Source: a virus (lineage: Duplodnaviria; Caudoviricetes). From it: 64,000 nt of DNA. Position numbers and translations under genes: made by a program. The stretch lies in the IMG/VR virus record IMGVR_UViG_3300025679_000005, one strand, 5' to 3'. The notes beneath the pieces were generated by a model. The model was not told the origin of the DNA. It saw nothing but the letters and a program-made list of their open reading frames with translations, and made no database searches. Below are positions 54,943-62,349 of the stretch, in pieces. Position 1 is the stretch's first letter. Every line of letters starts with the position of its first letter.

Positions 54943-55747
54943 GTGTCTATGGTTGTGGGTCGCATCTACCTAATCACCAACAAGGTGAACGGGAAGCAGT
55001 ACGTTGGGCAGACGAAGAAGACCATCCAAAAACGTTGGAACAGCCATATGTGTCTAGCTAAGAAGGGCAGCTCTCTTGCCCTTCACAATGCCATCCGGAA
55101 GTACGGTAAAGACAAATTCACTCTAGAGTGCCTTGAGGAGGTGTCAGGGTCCCATGTCGATCTGATGGCCGCAGAAATACGTCAGATAGCCTTGCATTCA
55201 TCTGTATACCCTTCAGGATATAATCTGACTCATGGTGGGGATGGTGTCGACTTCACCGTTCCCGAAATACGGGACAGAATGTTAGAGGCTGCTAAAAAAA
55301 AGAGCTTTAGACCCCAAATGGATAGAGGCTAATGCTGAAGCGGCCAGGAAACGAGCGGAAGACCCTGAATGGAAGATGGCTATAAGTGTTGCAGCTAGGA
55401 AACGAGCGGAAGACCCTGAATGGCAAGCGAATCAATTTGTGGGTGCTCAAAAACGTTCCGCAGACCCTGAATGGTACCCAGCTATACTTGAAGGGGCCAG
55501 GAAACGAGTAGAAGACCCCGAGTGGCGGGCGAATCAATCCGAGGGTGCTCGTAAACGTTCTGCTGACCCTGAATGGCCATCTAAAAATGCTGAATCTAGG
55601 CGGTTGGCTAATATAGCTTGTTCAGCTAAGGCTCTGGCCAAGGATGCCCTGTGTACCCCAGAAGAAACAGCCAAGCGTGTCCGGCTGAGAGAGAACTCTA
55701 GACGTAGTAAGACCAAAAAGCGATTGAGGGCCACGGAGACGGGCTGA
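54943..55747 (+). pseudogene. GIY-YIG endonuclease with 17-aa repeats, interrupted by a +1 frameshift in an A8 run
   Basis: GRIYLITNKVNGKQYVGQT in frame 0; the repeats continue in the +1 frame from A8 at 55294-55301 (KKRALDPKWIEANAE...), matching paralog 57656. Confidence 0.8.
55343..55590 (+). repeat. 51-bp tandem coding repeats
   Basis: Units start at 55343, 55394, 55445, 55496, 55547 (gc.aggaaacg...gaccctgaatgg). Confidence 0.85.
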
Positions 55748-55757
55748 TTTCCCTAGT

Positions 55758-55803
55758 CCTCTTGTGCACGCCCTTCAACGAATACCTGCGAAGGGCGTGC
55801 ATG
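55758..55803 (+). promoter_or_regulatory. 12-bp perfect hairpin covering RBS and start codon, preceded by a promoter-like motif
   Basis: TGCACGCCCTTC (55765-76) / GAAGGGCGTGCA (55790-801; the last A is the A of ATG); CCTCTTGT at 55758. Confidence 0.65.
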
Positions 55804-57357
55804 GCGGATTACACAGACGGTTGTCTAGAGCGTACGGGCCAAGTCAAAACGGCCTCCGCTACCATTTACCTCGTTGAGGAGGTTGGCGACGCTCGTTTAC
55901 GCTGTGATCAGCTCATACGTTACCTTGATGAGGCCGTGCAGCTCATTGAAAAGTCTGATAAAAAGGACCATTTCTTTGAGGTAGCCGGCCATCTGATCAA
56001 GGGGATCCCTGAAACAGCCTTCAAGCTGCAAAAGGCCCTACAGGCCGTTGCCCTGGCCACAGATCGTATCGATTACGAAGAACTCAAGCAAGAACTGCGA
56101 CCTGAAAAGGTAGAAGAACTCGAACGGGTCCTACAAGATGTTAGGATTAGGCCCGTACCCCATCGTTCGGAGACACCAATGAACCCCAAGCAAGCCGCCA
56201 AAGCCCTTCGCGAACTAGTCCGTATTGCCAATACCGAGGGCAGTCTCCCTGTCTACGAGGTGGCTGAATTCCTGACCACATTGGATCCTCCTGGGGTGGT
56301 TGCTGCGATCGAGCGCAAGGCTGCGGACAAGCTGGAGAAGCTGGCAGAGATGCTTGAGGACCCGAATCAGGAGCCCCTCAGCCGCGTTCGTTTGGCAGCG
56401 GTCATTCGTAGGGTTGCCATGGAAGCCGTGATCGACGATGCAATTCGTCAGGCAAGCACCCCTCGTTTGACGCAAGACCACATGCAGTTGGCGGACGCTC
56501 AAGAGGTCAAGGATAAGTTCAAAGAGTCCAATCCAGACATCTCCGAAGAGTCTTTGAACGAGATTGCTGAGCAGTGGAAGAAGAACAAGGACGTGGTCAA
56601 GGACAAGGCCGCCGGATTTGACGACTTTCCGAGTGTGCCTGCCCTTTTTGAAAGCATCAAGGACAAGGCTATTGTAGCTGTTAGGGCGGCTAACTCGAAG
56701 CGTTGGCGCCAGGCTCTCCTCGACCTCTCTTTCATTGTCGATGACATTGGGACCATCCTTGTGCAGATGGGGGCAATGGATGTAAGTAAGAGTGAGGCAT
56801 TAAAACGAGAAATCCGTAAGGTGATCCCCCATGCGGCCGAGTCCCTTGAGCAATCGGCTCCGATGATGATGGCTGCTTCTGAAGGTCCAGCCTGGGGTGT
56901 AGAAGCCACTGAAGAGAAGCGTACCAAGTTCGAGAAGGATAAGCCAGCTGACCCCACAGAGTCCATGTCCCCCAGCGATGCTGCGAAATGGAAGACTCAG
57001 ACCGAGGAGAACAAGGACAACTTCAAGGCTGCTACGGACGGAGAAGACGCTGCCCGTCGTTCCCGTTTTGAGCAGGGCGTGTCGGCCGACCCCACCCAGA
57101 ACATGGACCCAGAGGATGCCAAGAACTGGAAAGAAGAGCACGACAAGAACAAGGACAACTTCAAGGAAGCCAGTGGGGATGCTGTGGCAGCGGGCAAACT
57201 CACCACGCACCTCGAAGGCAAGAGCGGCCACACCATGTGTGGTGAGCAGTCGGATCCAAAAACGCTCGTGAAGTCTGTGAAGGACGCCTCTTGCTACTAT
57301 TGCAAGCAGGCTTGGGAGAAGAAGCACTCCAAAGCTGCTGTCGACTGGAAAGCATGA
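55801..57357 (+). CDS. Head-region-type protein with internal repeats and a C-terminal Cys/His motif
   Basis: KTAS, RQAS, KEAS motifs; two R.[KR]FE....ADPT..M.P.DA..WK...NKDNFK.A repeats; internal RBS+ATG at 56179. Confidence 0.75.
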   Translation: MADYTDGCLERTGQVKTASATIYLVEEVGDARLRCDQLIRYLDEAVQLIEKSDKKDHFFEVAGHLIKGIPETAFKLQKALQAVALATDRIDYEELKQELRPEKVEELERVLQDVRIRPVPHRSETPMNPKQAAKALRELVRIANTEGSLPVYEVAEFLTTLDPPGVVAAIERKAADKLEKLAEMLEDPNQEPLSRVRLAAVIRRVAMEAVIDDAIRQASTPRLTQDHMQLADAQEVKDKFKESNPDISEESLNEIAEQWKKNKDVVKDKAAGFDDFPSVPALFESIKDKAIVAVRAANSKRWRQALLDLSFIVDDIGTILVQMGAMDVSKSEALKREIRKVIPHAAESLEQSAPMMMAASEGPAWGVEATEEKRTKFEKDKPADPTESMSPSDAAKWKTQTEENKDNFKAATDGEDAARRSRFEQGVSADPTQNMDPEDAKNWKEEHDKNKDNFKEASGDAVAAGKLTTHLEGKSGHTMCGEQSDPKTLVKSVKDASCYYCKQAWEKKHSKAAVDWKA

Positions 57358-57659
57358 TTCCCATGAAGACCGCAGACTACGATCGCACCGCCCGGGGAGT
57401 CTCCGCTGACAAGCTCCTCAAGGATATGGAAGAGAGCGTCGAGAAAATGCTTGATGCTCGTGTCAGCATTCGAAATGTCCACTTGGCACTGGGCGAAGTC
57501 GCCAACGATGCCACGGGCACGATCTTCAAGGACACCTACAATGACCCAGAGTCACGTAAGGTATCCAAGACCTTGTACGATCTCGACTGGGCCATTGGCG
57601 AGGCCTTTCACGCTGTAGAGCATCTTGAGCGCGAACTCAAGAAGAAGCTGATCAAGTGA
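57354..57659 (+). CDS. Hypothetical helical protein with N-terminal KTA-DYDRTA motif
   Basis: ATGA overlap at 57354. Confidence 0.65.
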   Translation: MIPMKTADYDRTARGVSADKLLKDMEESVEKMLDARVSIRNVHLALGEVANDATGTIFKDTYNDPESRKVSKTLYDLDWAIGEAFHAVEHLERELKKKLIK

Positions 57660-58483
57660 GTTCACACCCCCAAATAGCAGGCTGCGTCTACCTCGTCACC
57701 AATACGGTGAACGGGAAGCAGTACGTTGGGCAGACGAAAAAATCCATTAAACGTAGGTGGAGTCAGCACAGGTGCGCCGCTAAGAAGGGTGAATCTTCTG
57801 CCTTATACAATGCTATCCGGAAGTACGGAGCCGATAACTTCACTATAGAGCGCATCGAGGAAGTGGTCGGGATCCACGCTGATTTGGTGGCTGCTGAGAT
57901 CAGACAAATAGCTAGTTACGATTGTGTAAGGCCTAATGGGTACAATCTGACCAGAGGCGGAGATGGGGTCGATTTCACTGTTCCTGAAGTCAAGGCCAAG
58001 ATGGTTGAGGCGGCTAGGGTACGAGCCCAAGACCCAGAGTGGCTTAGAAAGACGACTGAAGCTTCTCGTAAGAGGTCCCTAGACCCCGATTGGATAAGAG
58101 CTAATGCTGAGGGGGCTCTTAACAGAGTCGTTGATCCGAAAGTCCAACGTGAGGGTATGATCAAGAGGTCCGAAAACCCCCAGTGGAAACAGGCCAATTC
58201 GGAGAATAACCGTCGAATGGCCCAAGACCCTGAATGGCAGGCAGCTCAACTTGAAGGTTCTAGGAAAAGGTCCGTTACTCCTGAATGGCAGACATTACGT
58301 GCAGAAGGCCTTCGTAAGTACAATGAAAGTCCAGAGGGTCGAGCGCAACAAGCGGAAGTAACCCGCAAGGCCTTGGAAAAAGATGCTTCGTGTACCCCAC
58401 AAGAGGCGGCTAAACGTATTAGAGAACGGGAGTACATGAGGCGCAAAAGAGCTGCTCGAAAACTGGTGGATATCTCCCAATGA
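57656..58483 (+). CDS. GIY-YIG endonuclease with a 17-aa repeat array
   Basis: GCVYLVTNTVNGKQYVGQT; about 7 R...[DNTS]P.W-type repeats; C-cap ALEKDASCTPQE. Confidence 0.85.
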   Translation: MSSHPQIAGCVYLVTNTVNGKQYVGQTKKSIKRRWSQHRCAAKKGESSALYNAIRKYGADNFTIERIEEVVGIHADLVAAEIRQIASYDCVRPNGYNLTRGGDGVDFTVPEVKAKMVEAARVRAQDPEWLRKTTEASRKRSLDPDWIRANAEGALNRVVDPKVQREGMIKRSENPQWKQANSENNRRMAQDPEWQAAQLEGSRKRSVTPEWQTLRAEGLRKYNESPEGRAQQAEVTRKALEKDASCTPQEAAKRIREREYMRRKRAARKLVDISQ

Positions 58484-59355
58484 CCTCCCCCTTAGTCTCT
58501 CGCCCCCTCTACGGATCCCCAAAGCCCAGCACGTCCTTGGCAGTAGCTGAACTCCCTAGTGGCGGTCATTTAGACAAGGGTATATCTCTTGACTCAGGGA
58601 TCCCTGGAGAGTCAACTTTTGCCAAACCTCCTGATGATTTGCGTAAGGAAGACCCCAAGGATGAAAGTATCTATCGCGTAGAACAGCCTGGCGATTTGGG
58701 AAAGAGCCAAACTACTCCTGATCAAATAGATCATTCGGACGCCAAACCTAGTTTCAATGGACTCGGAAAACCTCCGGAAGGTACTAATGACAAGCCGAAA
58801 TATCCTTACCGTGATGGTGTCCCCAACGCCCACAACGCCTCCTTTGTCGCCGAGCTGTGGAAGCTAGGCAGTGCTCATACCCAGACGCTGAGAGTGTCCC
58901 AGGGGGTAAAGCTGGCTGCCATCCCCGAAGAGATCCTCAATGGTCTAGACCCCGAATTCAAACACCGGGCTGCTCAATGTACCACGACCCTTAAAAGGGC
59001 GGATTTGGGCAACCTCAGGTGGATCTTTGCTGTGGATTGTGGGAACGGTCCCAAAGCGGTCAAGATCAGGGCTTCTCGCCCTGGGAATGTGAGGGCCTTC
59101 GGGAAGCTTGACCTTGAGCTATCCTGTTCCTGCCCTGGCTGGCAGTGGCTAGGCCCAGAGTTCCACGCCAAGTCCGAGGGTTACATGTTGAATCCCCAAG
59201 TGGGCACCGCGTCTACACCTGATATCCGAGACCCTGATCGAACGCATAAAGTGTGTAAGCACGTGGCCTCGGTCTTGAGCTTTACCAGAAGCTGGGAAAT
59301 ACCCAAACAGAAGGCCCAAAAGGCCATCAAAAAAGCAATGAAAATGAGGAAATGA
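58480..59355 (+). CDS. SWIM-type zinc-finger protein
   Basis: LSCSCPGWQW...VCKHVASVL; low-complexity N-terminal half. Confidence 0.65.
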   Translation: MTSPLVSRPLYGSPKPSTSLAVAELPSGGHLDKGISLDSGIPGESTFAKPPDDLRKEDPKDESIYRVEQPGDLGKSQTTPDQIDHSDAKPSFNGLGKPPEGTNDKPKYPYRDGVPNAHNASFVAELWKLGSAHTQTLRVSQGVKLAAIPEEILNGLDPEFKHRAAQCTTTLKRADLGNLRWIFAVDCGNGPKAVKIRASRPGNVRAFGKLDLELSCSCPGWQWLGPEFHAKSEGYMLNPQVGTASTPDIRDPDRTHKVCKHVASVLSFTRSWEIPKQKAQKAIKKAMKMRK

Positions 59356-59762
59356 TGCCGACCTATACGTTCAAAACCAGTGATGGGACGATCCACACCA
59401 AGCGCCTGAGCTTCTCAGTTTACGAGGAGGTCAAGGCAGGCACCCAGACCTTAGTTGCTGACTCAGGGGAACCATTGGAACTAGTGTTCAATCCTGGGGA
59501 GGTGGGCTTCGTCATGAAGGACGGGGCCAGTGGGGGTTGGGCGTCGAAAACCGGGAAAGAGAAGAAGTACCGGGCAGAGCGGAATGTGGAGATGACACGC
59601 CGCGAAAAAGACCATGTTTTCAAGTCCAGATTGGTCCCTAATTACCAGGGTCAAGAGGCGCACTCATGGTCTGATGTCCAGGACCACGTCCGGACAACCA
59701 AGGGTGAATATTCAGCGAGCACTTATCAGCCGCTTGTTTCTAAGGAACGGAGCACATCCTAA
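59352..59762 (+). CDS. Hypothetical protein resembling FmdB-like zinc ribbons but without Cys
   Basis: MPTYTFKTSDG start, FVMKDGASGGWASK. Confidence 0.5.
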   Translation: MMPTYTFKTSDGTIHTKRLSFSVYEEVKAGTQTLVADSGEPLELVFNPGEVGFVMKDGASGGWASKTGKEKKYRAERNVEMTRREKDHVFKSRLVPNYQGQEAHSWSDVQDHVRTTKGEYSASTYQPLVSKERSTS

Positions 59763-60412
59763 TGGCTAGAACCTATAGTATTATTCGGCGTAGAGTGGGC
59801 ATTGTGGACTTACTCACCCCCAAATTAGTCGGAACACAGGGCTACCGCCTCTCCGCTGCGGTCAATTTCGACGGCTCCTTCACTGACCTTATGACGGCTC
59901 CGATCTCGTCAGGGTACCTGGACCCCTCAATCAATCCAGTGGTACTGAATGCCGTCAACAACATCAATGCCATTCGAATTGTCTTCAATCCTAACACCTT
60001 CACCGGAGCCGCCGGGATCGTAGATTCAGCACACTTTTGGCTGAAATTCACGCCAATCGATTTTGCTGGGACTCCGGGGACAGCCAGTGCCGCCGGGCTA
60101 GTGGTCACGGATAGTGAGCACTATGGCAACAGCAGGGTAGTGATTTCAGGGACGGCCCCTCAGGGGGCTGCCTTGGCCAATTCCCAGCAATTGGACCTCC
60201 CTTTCACGACCCAGGACCTCTACATCAAGAATGAAGAGGCCACTGGTGGGCATAATCTGTACATAGCTGCTCTTGCGGGTGGTGGTGAACAGCAAGTAGC
60301 CCCTCAGGAGACCCTTACAATCTTCCACGGCCCCATGGACACCCTGTTTGTTAGGGGTTCCGGGGGCACGGCTGCCTTTTCCGCATCTTTCACCAACTAC
60401 CTACCACTCTAA
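59762..60412 (+). CDS. Putative virion structural protein
   Basis: Beta-rich, Ala/Gly/Thr-rich; TAATG overlap. Confidence 0.6.
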   Translation: MARTYSIIRRRVGIVDLLTPKLVGTQGYRLSAAVNFDGSFTDLMTAPISSGYLDPSINPVVLNAVNNINAIRIVFNPNTFTGAAGIVDSAHFWLKFTPIDFAGTPGTASAAGLVVTDSEHYGNSRVVISGTAPQGAALANSQQLDLPFTTQDLYIKNEEATGGHNLYIAALAGGGEQQVAPQETLTIFHGPMDTLFVRGSGGTAAFSASFTNYLPL

Positions 60413-60416
60413 GGTT

Positions 60417-60450
60417 CCTTTTATCGCTTCTGATCCACAAGCGAGGAGTA
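60417..60450 (+). promoter_or_regulatory. Candidate late promoter plus RBS-pairing hairpin
   Basis: CCTTTTAT 60417; TCGCTT (60424-29) / AAGCGA (60439-44) overlaps the GAGGAG RBS. Confidence 0.45.
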
Positions 60451-60454
60451 TCGC

Positions 60455-61057
60455 ATGCTGAGGCTAACACACGCACAAACAGTTACGGGCGCCATTCGAG
60501 TCGACGACATCGACGACGGTCTTCCAAACAAGGAAGTGCATCGCCTTGGTAGCAAGGGTGACCCCAAGTCATACAAGCGCGACGGCTATGCCGGTGCGAC
60601 GAAGCAGGCTTGTTACATCCCCCGCACGAAGATCGGTGACACAACGGTTGCAGGGTATATCGATATCCTGGAATCGGAACGAGTCCTGATGTCGGCGGGC
60701 CAGGGCAAGATCTCTAAGCTCGTGAAGGCAGGCCTCATCACACAGGCGACAATATTGCCAACGGACGTGGCGATTCCGGTCATTACCTCGGTCACCTTGG
60801 ATTCACCTTCGACGGGTGATGTGACCTTCGTGGGCACGGGATTCCTCTCGGTAGCTCCAGAGGTCAGCACGGTCCGATTCAGTGGTGCTGGCGTGGGTAC
60901 GGTCACTTTGACCAAAGCCCAGATCCTTGTCCCGGGCGGCGGCATTTACACCGACACCTCGATCGTCGTCAAGGCATCGCTCATTGCGGGTCTTACCACT
61001 GGTGACACCGTAACGGTGCGTGCCGACGCTCTGGTCAGCAACATCAAGACATTCTGA
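60455..61057 (+). CDS. Putative virion protein with C-terminal IPT/TIG-like domain
   Basis: PVITSVTLDSP...VGTGF...; paralogous to the C-terminus of 62350. Confidence 0.65.
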   Translation: MLRLTHAQTVTGAIRVDDIDDGLPNKEVHRLGSKGDPKSYKRDGYAGATKQACYIPRTKIGDTTVAGYIDILESERVLMSAGQGKISKLVKAGLITQATILPTDVAIPVITSVTLDSPSTGDVTFVGTGFLSVAPEVSTVRFSGAGVGTVTLTKAQILVPGGGIYTDTSIVVKASLIAGLTTGDTVTVRADALVSNIKTF

Positions 61058-61071
61058 AGTAAGCCCGTGAA

Positions 61072-61425
61072 GTGCAGTACAGCATCCTACCAGGCATCCT
61101 TGAGCAAGAAGGGAATGACTTCTACCGAACCAACAACCGTTGGCAGCCGAAGAATCTCATTCCCGACCCGTATCGACGGAACTTGCTCAAGAATGCTCAA
61201 GCCCGGTTCAACCGGTTGGAGGAAGCTTCAGAGGAACTCGAATCCCTTGATCGCTACCCACTGTACTTCAAGCGCCTCAACAGAATGCGGATCCAGATCA
61301 AAAAAGCTCAGTTCGCCTGGAGAACTGATGACTTGCTCTTTCTCACAGCGATCTCCGATTTCTTCGCAGACTACGGGATCATTATCCAGAATCTCAAAAT
61401 TGATCAAGCCAGAGGCCGTCTCTAA
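61072..61425 (+). CDS. Hypothetical protein
   Basis: Helical, protein-like composition; preferred over the overlapping 61067 frame. Confidence 0.5.
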   Translation: MQYSILPGILEQEGNDFYRTNNRWQPKNLIPDPYRRNLLKNAQARFNRLEEASEELESLDRYPLYFKRLNRMRIQIKKAQFAWRTDDLLFLTAISDFFADYGIIIQNLKIDQARGRL

Positions 61426-61445
61426 GTGTACCTAAGAGAGTCGTT

Positions 61446-62282
61446 GTGGTCGAGCCTTCTGAAGTCATTGGCTGCGTGTATCTAGTCACCAATAAGGTGA
61501 ACGAGAAGAAGTACGTTGGGCAGACGAAGAAGACTGTCATTGGTAGGTGGAAGGCACACTTGAATGCCGCCAAAAATGATAGTCCCTATGCCTTGCACAG
61601 AGCTATTAGGAAGTACGGTAAAGAGAGCTTCACGATTGAGTGCGTAGAGGAAGTGGTGGGTACCCATTTAGAGTTGGTGGCAGCTGAGATCAGGCAAGTA
61701 GCTCTGTATGCCTCAACTTTTCCTGGTGGGTATAATATGACCAGAGGTGGGGATGGTATTGATTTGTTAGTCCATGCCACCAAAGAGCGACAAATGGCTG
61801 GAATCGCTAAGAGGTCTCAGAATCCTGAGTGGCTCAAGAAGCAACTAGAGGCTAGTCAGAGAATAGCTAAAACTCCGGAATGGCAACAAGCACATGCTGA
61901 GGGGATCAAGAAGAGGGGCGAGAGCCCGGAGTGGCTCAAGAACCTTCATGTAGGCATAGCCAATAGACCACCCCCTAGACCCAATGTGATAGAGACTTTG
62001 CGTAAAAATGCTCAGGCTCAATCGGCAACCGCCTTGGAGAGAGATGCTCTACTTACGCCCGAAGAAGCGGACTACAGGGTAAGGCATCGGTTGTACCGTA
62101 AGCGGAGCAAGGCCAAGAAAAAGGCAGAATTAGCGGGGAATCCCTACCCCAATGCCCAAGAGGCTAGAGATACCTTACGTACTCCAGAAGAAATACTTAG
62201 GAGGGCTAAAGAACGAGAGCGTGACCGTCGGCGCTATGCTGCAACCAAGGTCAAAAAGTTGGCCAAATCGGAAAACACCTAA
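61446..62282 (+). CDS. GIY-YIG endonuclease with 17-aa repeats and a duplicated C-cap
   Basis: GCVYLVTNKVNEKKYVGQT; 3 full ..PEW repeats; TPEE cap twice. Confidence 0.85.
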   Translation: MVEPSEVIGCVYLVTNKVNEKKYVGQTKKTVIGRWKAHLNAAKNDSPYALHRAIRKYGKESFTIECVEEVVGTHLELVAAEIRQVALYASTFPGGYNMTRGGDGIDLLVHATKERQMAGIAKRSQNPEWLKKQLEASQRIAKTPEWQQAHAEGIKKRGESPEWLKNLHVGIANRPPPRPNVIETLRKNAQAQSATALERDALLTPEEADYRVRHRLYRKRSKAKKKAELAGNPYPNAQEARDTLRTPEEILRRAKERERDRRRYAATKVKKLAKSENT

Positions 62283-62287
62283 GGGTT

Positions 62288-62295
62288 TCTTTTAT
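62288..62295 (+). promoter_or_regulatory. Candidate late promoter motif
   Basis: TCTTTTAT followed by caATCCACAA; ATCCACAA also follows the 60417 copy. Confidence 0.45.
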
Positions 62296-62349
62296 CAATC
62301 CACAATCCATAGTGAGTAAGTCAATGACACAAGCTTCAAGGAGTCTAAA

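Noticed and set aside
55294-55310. A-AAA-AAG as a programmed -1 frameshift
   Set aside because: The -1 frame reads GAG CTT TAG and stops; the homologous continuation is in the +1 frame
55343-55590. 51-bp periodic repeats as a CRISPR array
   Set aside because: Units are degenerate, in frame and protein-coding, with no constant-repeat/unique-spacer structure and no cas genes
12745-57353. Upstream-extended starts in the ORF track (12745, 13356, 17106, 19664, 31199, 43981, 53269, 55762, 57291, 63493)
   Set aside because: Downstream starts give stop/start overlaps, SDs or promoter spacing, and the extensions overlap upstream genes or regulatory motifs
61067-61435. Alternative + frame ORF overlapping 61072
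   Set aside because: Ser/Thr/Arg-rich, not protein-like; the 61072 frame looks more like a real protein
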